Of a stretch of DNA of 64,000 nt, positions 30,795-40,449 are shown piece after piece. This DNA comes from an uncultured delta proteobacterium (GTDB lineage Bacteria; Myxococcota_A; Polyangia; Polyangiales; Polyangiaceae): NCBI GenBank assembly GCA_963850305.1, contig CAWKKR010000002.1:32001-96000 (forward strand), read 5' to 3'. A program made the position numbers and the translations under genes. Every line of letters starts with the position of its first letter. Position 1 is the stretch's first letter. The notes beneath the pieces were generated by a model. It worked only from the letters and a program-made list of their open reading frames with translations, did no database searches and had not been told where the DNA came from.

Positions 30795-31846
30795 TGCGCC
30801 CGCTGAATCTCTTGCCCGTTGCCGTCATCGGCCTGCTCGGATGCAATTCCATTCTCGGCATCCAGGAGGGGCACCTCGTTGGAACCGGAGGCGGGAAGGG
30901 GGCGGGCGGCGCTCTCGGGTCGGGAGGGGCTGACGCCGGACTCGGAGGTGGCGGCGCTCCGGACGCGAGCTCCGGCGGAACGTCGGTGGGAGGCGCGTCC
31001 AATGGCGGTGCGGGGATCGGGGGCTCCGGCGTCGACGGCGGGGCCGACGCGGGCGCCATGCGAGGGCCCGCAGATCTTCCCGGAGAGATCCGCTGTGGGC
31101 AGCAGAGTTGCGATCTCGGAGCCGGGCAAGTCTGCTGCGCCACGGTTTCGACCGGTGACGCGCATTGTTCGCAGACCTGCGATAGCTCGACCGAGATCAA
31201 GCTCACGTGCGACGGCGCGGAGGATTGCACATCGGGCGACACCTGTTGTTATCCCTTCGGACAGGCGACCGCGTCGTGCGCCACGAGCTGCGCGGCCGGG
31301 GGTCGCGTGTTCTGCGGCACCGATGGCGATTGTGCCCCCGGTCAATACTGTGCGCCCGGGGGAGGGGCGCTCGAGACCGTCTTCGTTTGCAAGGACGTGC
31401 CGAAGACCAAGTTCGTGTTTTGCGCGGGCGCGCCCTGCGATCTCTCGCTGGGGCGAGTTTGCTGTTACGACAAGACCACCCAGACCGAGGCGTGCACGAC
31501 CTCGTGCGCGGGTTCGAACGTGATCCCGTTCGCCTGCGACGGTGACGACGACTGTGCCGGGACCCAGAGGTGCTGCGCGGACCACACGGGCCTCGGGCTC
31601 TTCACCGGGACGGCATGCGCCGCTTCGTGCTCCGTCGGGGCGAACGTCGCTTGTGAGGGGGCCGGGGGCGTGTGCACCGCCGGGGATTCCTGTTGCGAGG
31701 ATGTGCATGACGGGACGGTGTGCGGCGCGACCTGCACCACGCGGGTCACGTGCACGACGAGTGCAGATTGTCCGGCGGGAGAGACGTGCACGCTCACGAC
31801 CGCAGCCGGCCTCGGTCAGGCCAGCGGCACGTGGATCTGCCAGTAA
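30794..31846 (+). CDS. Cys-rich repeat lipoprotein
   Basis: TGATG coupling; LLGC-NSILGI lipobox; duplicated C-G..CDL..G.VCC..CDG..DC module. Confidence 0.8.
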   Translation: MRPLNLLPVAVIGLLGCNSILGIQEGHLVGTGGGKGAGGALGSGGADAGLGGGGAPDASSGGTSVGGASNGGAGIGGSGVDGGADAGAMRGPADLPGEIRCGQQSCDLGAGQVCCATVSTGDAHCSQTCDSSTEIKLTCDGAEDCTSGDTCCYPFGQATASCATSCAAGGRVFCGTDGDCAPGQYCAPGGGALETVFVCKDVPKTKFVFCAGAPCDLSLGRVCCYDKTTQTEACTTSCAGSNVIPFACDGDDDCAGTQRCCADHTGLGLFTGTACAASCSVGANVACEGAGGVCTAGDSCCEDVHDGTVCGATCTTRVTCTTSADCPAGETCTLTTAAGLGQASGTWICQ

Positions 31847-31885
31847 GGACCTGGCGTGCGGGGCCGCAGCGCATGCCGCCGCGGG

Positions 31886-33262
31886 TCAGTTCACGTGTTC
31901 TGTCTGCGTCACGCACCCGAGCAGTACGTCGAGCGCGGCCTTCGTGTCGGATTTCACTATGTCGCACGAAGCCGGACACAGATCGATGTGTGTCGCGTCG
32001 CTGGGATCGTAGTACCAGCCGCCGGCTGTCGGATCGCAGGCCGCGGCGGAGGGCGATTGCAGCAGGTGCTGCTCGGCGCCGCCACTCGGCGTCAGGCTGA
32101 TGTTGACCTGGTTCGGATCGATCTGGCGACCGTCGCTCGTCGTCGTCGGAAGGACGTACACGCAGGGAATCGTGGCGGCGCCGCGGATGCTGTTCAGCGC
32201 GTCGAGGAACTCCGCCGACGTGCTGGTCGTCGTCGCGTCCACGACGAACGCCGTCCCCGTTCCGCCGGCCGCGGCGACCTTGTCGAGATCGGCCTTGTTG
32301 GGTGGCGCGGGATCGAGGTTGCAACCCTGTCCACCGTTCGCCGCCGAGCCGCCGATGATGCCGATGACGTACGTGGGGATGCTCGGGGTGGCGTTGAAGG
32401 CCGCCGCCGCGATCGCCGCGACCTGATTGATCAGCGCCGCGGACTGGTTGTCGCCGTTCGTGCCGCAGAGGTTCGGCTCGCCGTCGGTCGCGAGCACGAC
32501 CGACACGTGGTGATCCGGATACTTCTTGGCCCATGCCTGCGCGTGATCGATCGCTCCCTGCAGCGCCGCGGGCGTGGGTGTGTAGCTCACCGGCTTGTGT
32601 GCGTTGAGGGACGCGATGATCGGCTGGGCGTTGCCCGGTAGTGGCGCGATCTCCACGTCCGCCGGCGTGTAGACGGCCGGATCGCAGCTTCCCTGACCGC
32701 TGCCAAGGCCGAAGTACTGAATTCCCACTCCGAGACCGAGGGCGTTCGGGGATTGCAGAAAGTTCGTGAGCGCCCCCACCATCGCCTGCCACCGATCGCC
32801 GCCCGACGGGATCGCGCAGGTCATCGACAGCGATTGATCGTTCATGATGTAGATGTCGGAGGGCAGGCCTTCGCCGCTCCGCCGATCCGTCACACATGCG
32901 CTCGCGTCGTTGAGTCCGGAGGTGAGCCCCCCGCCGTCGCTTCCGAAGAGCCCCGTCGACGAATCGCAGTGTCCATCGGGCGTGCAAGACTCGCCCGTGG
33001 GGCAGGCGTGTCCGGGAGCGCAGTCGGCATTACAAGTGCCGGAGGAGCCGCAATAAATGCCCGCGGCGCAGTCGGCGTCGGACTTGCACGCGCCGCCGCA
33101 CTTCCCCTTGTAAATGCTGTCGCACGGCGAGCTGGAGTCTCCGCTCGAGCCCGAGCACCCGACCGCCCATCCCACCATCAGGGTCGAGGCGACCAGCGCT
33201 CCCCGCACCCAGCGTATCCTTCGCGCGCGCCCCGTTCTGATCGACGCCATGGATTGTCGCAT
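31886..33262 (-). CDS. von Willebrand A domain lipoprotein with Cys-rich N-terminus
   Basis: AVGC lipobox, MIDAS DQSLS, TPT, LATDGEP, GWYYD..IDLCPASC. Confidence 0.85.
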   Translation of the reverse strand: MRQSMASIRTGRARRIRWVRGALVASTLMVGWAVGCSGSSGDSSSPCDSIYKGKCGGACKSDADCAAGIYCGSSGTCNADCAPGHACPTGESCTPDGHCDSSTGLFGSDGGGLTSGLNDASACVTDRRSGEGLPSDIYIMNDQSLSMTCAIPSGGDRWQAMVGALTNFLQSPNALGLGVGIQYFGLGSGQGSCDPAVYTPADVEIAPLPGNAQPIIASLNAHKPVSYTPTPAALQGAIDHAQAWAKKYPDHHVSVVLATDGEPNLCGTNGDNQSAALINQVAAIAAAAFNATPSIPTYVIGIIGGSAANGGQGCNLDPAPPNKADLDKVAAAGGTGTAFVVDATTTSTSAEFLDALNSIRGAATIPCVYVLPTTTSDGRQIDPNQVNISLTPSGGAEQHLLQSPSAAACDPTAGGWYYDPSDATHIDLCPASCDIVKSDTKAALDVLLGCVTQTEHVN

Positions 33263-33282
33263 CGCGGCACCCTTCCTACGTC

Positions 33283-33298
33283 AGCAAGCCTGGTTCCG
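33283..33298 (-). promoter_or_regulatory. Candidate sigma54 promoter for the vWA lipoprotein
   Basis: Minus strand CGGAAC-CAGGC-TTGCT, GG-N10-GC. Confidence 0.5.
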
Positions 33299-33477
33299 AA
33301 GCAAGCAAGAGCTGATCGTAGTTTGCACACCAGGAGCGAAGCAACCCTTCGCGCCCGCGAACTACATGATCGAGCTCATTATGCAGGCTAGCGGGAAAGT
33401 TCGCGGACCGGCACATTCCGCGGTGTTCTCCAGCGTTATCATCAGGTTCGGCTCCGCCGGCGAGGCGTCCTGATGAT

Positions 33478-34689
33478 TCAAAGCAGCGCGCTGACTTCTT
33501 CCAGCTCCTCCGCGCTGATACCGAGGAGGTAGAGGATGGAGTCGAGGCCCCCGGTGGAGATGGACGTGTCCGCTGCGGCCCGGAGCTTCGCCTTTGCGTG
33601 GAACGCGATGCCGAGTCCCGCCTTCTCCAGCATCGGAAGATCGTTCGCGCCGTCGCCGACGGCGATCACTTGATCGAGCAGCACGCCTTCCGCCTGGGCG
33701 ATCGTTTCGAGGAGCTCGGCCTTCCGCCGGCCGTTCACGATGGGCCCCACGACGCGCCCGGTGAGTTTGCCGTCCTTGATCTCGAGCGTGTTGGAATACG
33801 CATAGTCGATCCCGAGCCGCGCCTTCAGCGAGTCGGCGGCGACGGAGAAGCCTCCGCTGATCACGGCCGTGCGATAGCCGAGCCGCTTCAGCACCCTGAT
33901 GAGTCTCTCCGCGCCGTCCGTGAGCGGAAGCTGCGCCGCGAGGGTTTCGAGGATCGAAACGTCCATGCCCTCGAGGAGCCGCAGACGACGGCGCAGTGCT
34001 TCGTCGTAGTCCATCTCTCCGGCCATCGCCCGCTCCGTCACCGCCGCCACCTGTTCAACGACGCCGTGCGCGCGCGCGAGCTCGTCGATGACCTCGATGG
34101 GGATGAGCGTCGAGTCCATGTCCATGACGACCAGCCGCTTGCTTCGACGGAAGAGTCCCTCGCGCTGGAGCGCGATGTCGAAAGAACTCTGCATGCTCAA
34201 CCTGAGCAAAGCTTCCTTGAGCGGCGCCTCCTGCTCCACGTTGGGGAGATCGACCTGGATCTCGACCGAGCGGAGATCGCCGCGCGACAGGCGCGAAATC
34301 TTGGCGATATTGCCGCCATGCTCCGCCAGCTTCGTCGATAGCGCATGCAGCTCGCCCGCACCGAGGCTCGGCCCGATCGCCGTAACGACGTACCGGCGGG
34401 TCGATTTGCCCTGGGTGAGAGCCCCCTGCACGGGCTGAAAGTCGAGGCTCATGCCCAGCTCTTTCGCGGCGAACAGCAGTTCCTTCAGGACGCCACGATC
34501 CTCCTTGAGGCCGATGAGCATTCCGAGCGTCAGATGTCGTTGAACCACGACTTGCTCGATATCGACGAGGTGCGCCCCCATCTGTTTCAAGATCCCCGTG
34601 AGCGTGGCGGTGATCCCGGGGCGGTCGGGGCCCGAGACGGTGATGATGACGTGAGACGACTGCTCCGGCGGAAGGGACTGGTTGGGCAT
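33478..34689 (-). CDS. serB: Phosphoserine phosphatase with ACT domains
   Basis: GPDRPGIT ACT domain, DMDSTL, ISGGF, GDGANDL. Confidence 0.95.
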   Translation of the reverse strand: MPNQSLPPEQSSHVIITVSGPDRPGITATLTGILKQMGAHLVDIEQVVVQRHLTLGMLIGLKEDRGVLKELLFAAKELGMSLDFQPVQGALTQGKSTRRYVVTAIGPSLGAGELHALSTKLAEHGGNIAKISRLSRGDLRSVEIQVDLPNVEQEAPLKEALLRLSMQSSFDIALQREGLFRRSKRLVVMDMDSTLIPIEVIDELARAHGVVEQVAAVTERAMAGEMDYDEALRRRLRLLEGMDVSILETLAAQLPLTDGAERLIRVLKRLGYRTAVISGGFSVAADSLKARLGIDYAYSNTLEIKDGKLTGRVVGPIVNGRRKAELLETIAQAEGVLLDQVIAVGDGANDLPMLEKAGLGIAFHAKAKLRAAADTSISTGGLDSILYLLGISAEELEEVSALL

Positions 34690-34768
34690 CCGGGGCGAAA
34701 CTCTAGGCATAATCCGTCGCATCGTCACGCGGGGAGTACGCCGGTCCATGACGCCCGGCCCGGGCTCA

Positions 34769-36607
34769 TCACTTCAGGGATGCGAACCAGATCCCTTCCT
34801 TGCTGCCTGACGGGACGACGTAGAGGATTCCAGGTTGCGGCCAACCCACCTCTTCCCATTCCGAGGCCCTGATCCCGGCGTCGAACGTATCCCCGGTGTC
34901 GATGACCCGGACACCGAGCGTCCCCTCACCGGTGGTCTCGTCGTAGTCGTGCAGATAGGCGACCCCGCTCAAGCTCTCGACGAAGTCGAAGGAGCTCGTT
35001 GCGACTTGCGTCGCCGCTGGTTCGAGGTCGATCGTGTCCGGGCCGGAGACGAGCAGTGTCCCGACGCTGCCGCTCGCGTCGGCGATGACCGCGAGGCCGA
35101 CGCTGCTCGAGCTCACGCCACCGCTCGGGACGCCGCTCGCGAGCGGGCTCGAGACGGCACTTGCGTGAATCTCGACCAGATCACCCGTCGTCCCATCGAA
35201 GTTCACGACGCCCACGTTTCCGTCCACCTCCTCGACGTTCTGCGAGAGCGTGGTCAGCGTTCCTTTCGGTGTCCAGGCGACGAGCGTTCCCACCTGCGAC
35301 TTGTTCACGGTGGTCACGTCGACGATGAACTGAAAGGTGTCGGACCGGGTCGTTACACGAGGCACGAAGCTCGACAGGGTCGGATGATCGGCGATGTGGA
35401 CGGGCTCCGACCCGATCGCGCCTCCGTAGAGCGCGCCGTTGGTCTGCTTCGGGTCGGGCTGCGCGACGAAAAAGTAGTATCCGGTGTTACCCAAGAACCG
35501 AACCGCCGGTGGACCCAGGGCGAACTCACCCAGAGGATATCTTTCGGTCGCGGTGTCCTTGTCCTGGTCGGATTGGTCAGCGGCTCCATAAAGGACGAGG
35601 TTCCTCGTCTCGCACGGCGACACATAAGCAAGGCCGCCATAACCCGATGGTAAGTTCGGCCCACACGCATCCGTGTCGATGCTCTTCGGGGTCTCGAGCG
35701 CGTCGGTGACGAGAAACAGCTCGCCACCGGCGGGCGTACTCGCAAGCGTCGCGGGGCTTCCCGCGGTCGTCGGCGGGCCCTCCCGCGTCGTTGCGACGTT
35801 GCCGTTCGCGAGCGCCTCCGTCACTCCCGTCATCGACGAGGCGGTCCGAGCCCCGATGTCGATGAACGCGGCCTCGACCGGGCTCGACGTGCGGACCGTG
35901 AGTTGCGAGACATTCGTTCCGAACCGCGCGAGCTCGTTGAACAGCAGATCCCGCACGACGACCTGACCTCGCGTGATGCCGGTCGCCGGGTCCGTGACGT
36001 TCTCCAGCGTCCAGACCTGTTTGGGGGTCACCGACACGCTTGCCACGCCGGACGCGACCGTCGTCTTCTCCGGAACCCAGGGCTCCACGAAGACGAGGTC
36101 CCCCGAGTTGGTGCGAACCAAGAACCCCGGGGGGTCAGTGAAGGGCTGAGCCGGGTTTATGGCAAACCGGTTCGTCGCGTCGATGGGTGCGAGAGGCTCC
36201 TTGCACGATGAGTCGACGAAGTGGAGCTGACGGTCCGTGCCGCTGACGTCCGTGATGTATTGCTCGTAGGCCTCGAAGGAGCTTCGCGCGCTGAACGGCG
36301 AGGTCTGGAACGAGTCGGCGCGCCCGGTCCGGCAACCCTGGCCGCCGCCGAACGGCAGAAGAGCGAGCGTGGCCGGGCTCGCGGAAACGTCGAACGCGAC
36401 GATGAACGCTCCCGCTTGATCGGTGCCGTCGACGCGCGGCTCCGAAAAACGTCCGACGGCGAGCCGCTGTCCCGGAAGGTTGAGGTACGTCGGCGCCGCA
36501 TCCAGGATCTCGCTCAGTCCCGAAAGATCCACGTGACACGACGTCAGGACGCACGCCGTGAGGACGGACCAGCAACGAAGTCCCTTGCGGATCCGACCCG
36601 GCTTCAC
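34769..36607 (-). CDS. Large beta-rich hypothetical lipoprotein
   Basis: GTG start, LTSC lipobox, beta-propeller-like composition. Confidence 0.65.
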   Translation of the reverse strand: MKPGRIRKGLRCWSVLTACVLTSCHVDLSGLSEILDAAPTYLNLPGQRLAVGRFSEPRVDGTDQAGAFIVAFDVSASPATLALLPFGGGQGCRTGRADSFQTSPFSARSSFEAYEQYITDVSGTDRQLHFVDSSCKEPLAPIDATNRFAINPAQPFTDPPGFLVRTNSGDLVFVEPWVPEKTTVASGVASVSVTPKQVWTLENVTDPATGITRGQVVVRDLLFNELARFGTNVSQLTVRTSSPVEAAFIDIGARTASSMTGVTEALANGNVATTREGPPTTAGSPATLASTPAGGELFLVTDALETPKSIDTDACGPNLPSGYGGLAYVSPCETRNLVLYGAADQSDQDKDTATERYPLGEFALGPPAVRFLGNTGYYFFVAQPDPKQTNGALYGGAIGSEPVHIADHPTLSSFVPRVTTRSDTFQFIVDVTTVNKSQVGTLVAWTPKGTLTTLSQNVEEVDGNVGVVNFDGTTGDLVEIHASAVSSPLASGVPSGGVSSSSVGLAVIADASGSVGTLLVSGPDTIDLEPAATQVATSSFDFVESLSGVAYLHDYDETTGEGTLGVRVIDTGDTFDAGIRASEWEEVGWPQPGILYVVPSGSKEGIWFASLK

Positions 36608-36638
36608 GCGGGGGCAGTATACACTCCGCGCGCCACGC

Positions 36639-38879
36639 ATGCCGCCGCGGACGTTCGAACTTCCGGCCTCGCTCGCGCTCTTCGCGATTCTCGCCGGTGC
36701 CGCATCGTCGCGTGCGGCGGACGCGAAGCGGAGCGCGGCCGGCGCGGCCCCCTCCGGCGTATCGCCTTCGATCGTGCCACCGAAGACCCTCGACTCCAGC
36801 GTTACGTATCCCGAAGGGGGGGTCGGTGATGCCGAGGTCGTATTGGAGCTCACCATCGGCATCGACGGCACGGTGCTCGACGTCGGCAAGGTGGAGGGGC
36901 CCGAGCCGTTCGCGATGGCCGCCCGACGTGCGGCAGCCTCATGGAAGTTCGAGCCCGCCCGTCGGGATGGACGACCCGTCAAGGCGCGGATCCGGTTCGC
37001 CGCCAGGTTCATCGGAGAACATGTCCTCACCACGCCGCCCGCGAGCACGGTGGCCACTCGGGCCGCGCCGGCCAGTTCCGCACCGAACGCGGACTACACG
37101 GTCACCGTTCGCGGCTCGCGCGCAGCACCGGGCGGCATATCCGTGTCGCGCGCCGAGGCGCGGATGCTCCCGGGCGCGTTCGGTGATCCCTTTCGTGCGG
37201 TCGAGGCGTTGCCGGGCGTCACGCCGGTCGTGTCCGCTTTGCCCTTTTTTTTCATGCGCGGGGCTCCGCCCGGAAACGTCGGGTACTTCATCGACGGGGT
37301 TCGCGTCCCGCTGCTCTTTCACGCGCTCGCGGGCCCATCCGTGCTGCCGCCGTCGCTGGTCAATCGCATGGACGTATACGAGGGCGCGTACCCCGCGCGT
37401 TATGGCCGCTTCGCCGGCGGAATCATCGCGGCCGACAGCGCGTCGCCGAGCGAGGTCGCGCATGGGGAAGCGGCGCTCCACCTGCTCGACGTGGGTGGGC
37501 TCGTGGAGGCGCCCTTCGCCGGTGGAGATGGACACATCCTCGTCGCAGGACGTTACGCGTACGCCGGCGCGCTGCTCTCGACGTTCACCGATCTCAAGCT
37601 CGACTACTGGGACTATCAGCTCCGGGCGAGCTACGATCTATCGAAGAAGGACACCATCGGCGTCTTCGGGTTCGGTGCACTCGACTACGTGGGGGACCAG
37701 GGGGGCATCAACTTCGCCGGGACGCAGTTTCATCGAGTGGACACTCGTTACGACCATGCCATCGACGCGGATACCAAGGCCCGCACGGCGGTGACGCTCG
37801 GCTACGATCGCAGTCTCGCGACCGGCGGTTCCGTCACGGACGACTCCATTGCAGCGCGCGAAGAGGTCGAACACCATTTCCGACACGGTGGCGTTGCGCG
37901 ATTCGGCGGCGACTTCGGATTCGATCACTACGGGCTCGACATCACCGACCCCACCGTGAGCTTTCGTGATGCGACGACGCTGTTCCCGAAGCGTAACGAG
38001 GTCGTCGGAGGTGTCTACGTCGATTTCGAGGTTCATCCGACGCCGGCGATCACGGTCCGTCCCGGGCTCCGAGCGGACCTGTTCAACTCCGAGGGAACGA
38101 CGAAGTTCGGCGTCGATCCGCGTCTCTCTGCCGAATTTCAGGTTTCGCGGAGGGTGAAGCTCATCGACGCCTTCGGCGTCGCGCATCAGACCCCGAACTT
38201 CATTCCGAACCTGCCCGGGGCCGAAATCGGCGGCTTGCGAGGCGGACTTCAGACGAACGCGGAGTACAGCTCCGGCATCGAGGTGCTTCTGCCGGAGGAC
38301 ATCACGACGTCCGCCACGGCGTTCGAGCAAGTCTTCTTCAATCTGAGCGATCCGCTCGGCTTCTCCGGCACGGTCGCCGCGAACACCGACGTCGCGGACG
38401 TCCGGGCGCTCGGGTATTCGTACGGCGCCGAGCTCATGGTTCGCCGGTCATTCTCGCGCAAACTTGGCGGCATTTTTTCCTACACGCTTTCACGCTCCGT
38501 TCGTAGCCGCGACAGCCTGAACTCGCTCTCCGCTTACGATCGCACGCACGTCGCGACGCTCGCGCTCGGGTACGATCTCGGAAGGCGATGGAGCGTGGGC
38601 GTTCGCGGGCTCTACGCCAGCGGCGTTCCGACGCGCACGCTCACGGTGGATGGTCCGGAGTATGGTGGCGAGCGCGCTCCGCCATTCGTCCGTTTCGACG
38701 TTCGCGTCGAAAAGCGGTGGGTCCTTTCCAGGCACTCGTACATCTCCGCCGTGGCCGAGGTCGAGAACGCCACGGCGGGTACCGAAGTGACCGAACGGTC
38801 CTGTAACCAGACGCAGTGTACCGAAGCCGCCGTCGGCCCCCTGGTGCTGCCGAATATCGGCGTCGAAGCAGGATTTTGA
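36639..38879 (+). CDS. TonB-dependent receptor with N-terminal TonB C-terminal-like domain
   Basis: YP..V.L..TIGIDG.V..WKFEPARRDGRPV; plug PGAFGDPFRAVEALPGV, YPARYGRFAGG; terminal F. Confidence 0.9.
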   Translation: MPPRTFELPASLALFAILAGAASSRAADAKRSAAGAAPSGVSPSIVPPKTLDSSVTYPEGGVGDAEVVLELTIGIDGTVLDVGKVEGPEPFAMAARRAAASWKFEPARRDGRPVKARIRFAARFIGEHVLTTPPASTVATRAAPASSAPNADYTVTVRGSRAAPGGISVSRAEARMLPGAFGDPFRAVEALPGVTPVVSALPFFFMRGAPPGNVGYFIDGVRVPLLFHALAGPSVLPPSLVNRMDVYEGAYPARYGRFAGGIIAADSASPSEVAHGEAALHLLDVGGLVEAPFAGGDGHILVAGRYAYAGALLSTFTDLKLDYWDYQLRASYDLSKKDTIGVFGFGALDYVGDQGGINFAGTQFHRVDTRYDHAIDADTKARTAVTLGYDRSLATGGSVTDDSIAAREEVEHHFRHGGVARFGGDFGFDHYGLDITDPTVSFRDATTLFPKRNEVVGGVYVDFEVHPTPAITVRPGLRADLFNSEGTTKFGVDPRLSAEFQVSRRVKLIDAFGVAHQTPNFIPNLPGAEIGGLRGGLQTNAEYSSGIEVLLPEDITTSATAFEQVFFNLSDPLGFSGTVAANTDVADVRALGYSYGAELMVRRSFSRKLGGIFSYTLSRSVRSRDSLNSLSAYDRTHVATLALGYDLGRRWSVGVRGLYASGVPTRTLTVDGPEYGGERAPPFVRFDVRVEKRWVLSRHSYISAVAEVENATAGTEVTERSCNQTQCTEAAVGPLVLPNIGVEAGF

Positions 38880-38888
38880 GGAGGGCCG

Positions 38889-39734
38889 TCAGCTCTCGGT
38901 CAGTGCCGCGAGGCCGTAGTTCATCGACAGGATCGCGTCGCGGCGTTCGGGCTCGAGCTCGGCCAGTCGCGGGAGCGTATCGGCCCCCGTACCGAGACGA
39001 ATCACGCGCGGAGCGGCCTCGGCAAACGCTTGCGCCACGAGCTCGCGAGCAAAATCCTCGGCCGGCATCGGGTTGTCCTGGGATGCATGGGCGCGCTTGT
39101 GGATGCCGTCGTAAGCCCGGTGATAACGCGACGTCTCGGCTCGGTATCTCTCGAGATCCCGCGAGCTCGCGTTCGCGATGTTGGACTTCACGCCGCCGGG
39201 CTGTACGACCACGACGTCGATTCCGAACGGCTTCAATTCCATGCGCATCACGTCCGAGAGCATGTGGACGGCGCTCTTCGACGCGCAATAGGCGGCCGCG
39301 AAGGGCGTCGGTAGGAGCCCGACGACGCTACCGATGTTGACGATCCGGCCCCGCTTGCGATCCGCCATGTGCGGAAAGACCGCCTGCGTGACGGCCACGA
39401 GTCCGAGCACGTTGGTCTCGAAGACCGAACGGATCTGGGAGATCGGAGTTTCGAGGATCGGCCCGAAATAATTGATCCCCGCGTTGTTCACGAGGGCATC
39501 GATCGATCCCGCGCGCTCGAGCACGAATTCCACCGCCGCGCCGATCGATTTCGAGTCGTCGACGTCGAGCGTGACGGTATCGATCCCGGCGCGCGCGAGC
39601 TCGTCGAGACTCTCCAGGCGGCGTGCCGTCGCGAACGGACGATGCCCTGCCGCCGAGAGGGCCTCGACGAGCGCACGACCGATTCCGGCCGAGCACCCCG
39701 TCACGAGCACGTTTTGCTTCTGGAGAGTCGTCAT
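38889..39734 (-). CDS. Short-chain dehydrogenase/reductase
   Basis: TGCSAGIG, NNAG, YCASK. Confidence 0.93.
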   Translation of the reverse strand: MTTLQKQNVLVTGCSAGIGRALVEALSAAGHRPFATARRLESLDELARAGIDTVTLDVDDSKSIGAAVEFVLERAGSIDALVNNAGINYFGPILETPISQIRSVFETNVLGLVAVTQAVFPHMADRKRGRIVNIGSVVGLLPTPFAAAYCASKSAVHMLSDVMRMELKPFGIDVVVVQPGGVKSNIANASSRDLERYRAETSRYHRAYDGIHKRAHASQDNPMPAEDFARELVAQAFAEAAPRVIRLGTGADTLPRLAELEPERRDAILSMNYGLAALTES

Positions 39735-39764
39735 CTCGCGACTATAGCCGCGGTCCGGCGCCGC

Positions 39765-40268
39765 TCAGTGGATGTTCAGCGAACCGATATAATCCTGCTT
39801 CCCGATATCGAGGCCGTTGTGCCGCAGGATCGCGAACGCAGTGGTCAGGTGGAAGTAGAAGTTCGGTAGCACCATCTCGTTCAGATAGTCCGTGCCGGTC
39901 AGGACCTTTCCCTCCAGAAACGGCAGCGCGACACTCCTCGACTCCGCACCCTGGAAGTCTGCCGGCTTGAACGTCCCGAGGTACTCGGTGACGGCCGCGA
40001 TGCGCTTGTGAAGGTCGTCGAGCGTCGTCTCCGTATCGGGGTGCTTTGGCGGCTCTTTGCCGGCGAGGCGTGCGGCGGCGAATTTTGCGGCATCACACGC
40101 TGCTTGTACCTGTCGGGTCAGCGCCCACTGATTCGGCGCGAGCCGTGCCGCCAGAAGCACGCTGGGGTCGAAGGACTTTTCCTTCGCGAACGCTTCGCTC
40201 TTGGTGAGCAGTGCGTCCAGGTTGCCGAGCATTTTCTTCAGTTGCGAAATGGATTCGTAAAATGACAT
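39765..40268 (-). CDS. DUF1993 family protein
   Basis: RLAPNQ..L..QVQ, LPNFYFHLTTAFAILRHNG..IGKQDY. Confidence 0.9.
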   Translation of the reverse strand: MSFYESISQLKKMLGNLDALLTKSEAFAKEKSFDPSVLLAARLAPNQWALTRQVQAACDAAKFAAARLAGKEPPKHPDTETTLDDLHKRIAAVTEYLGTFKPADFQGAESRSVALPFLEGKVLTGTDYLNEMVLPNFYFHLTTAFAILRHNGLDIGKQDYIGSLNIH

Positions 40269-40449
40269 GGGGCGCACTCCTAATTCTTCCGCCGACCGGC
40301 CGCCAGTCCCGGGTCGATTCATTCTTCAGCGGCGGTAGGAGCAGCGCTCGCCCCGCCTTGCCCGGGGTGCGAGCCGGCCGCGACCGGCTCGCCTGTCTGC
40401 GGCCCTCGGCTGGGCGTTCGCGACCCGCGTTCATAGAAATGAACGCATC

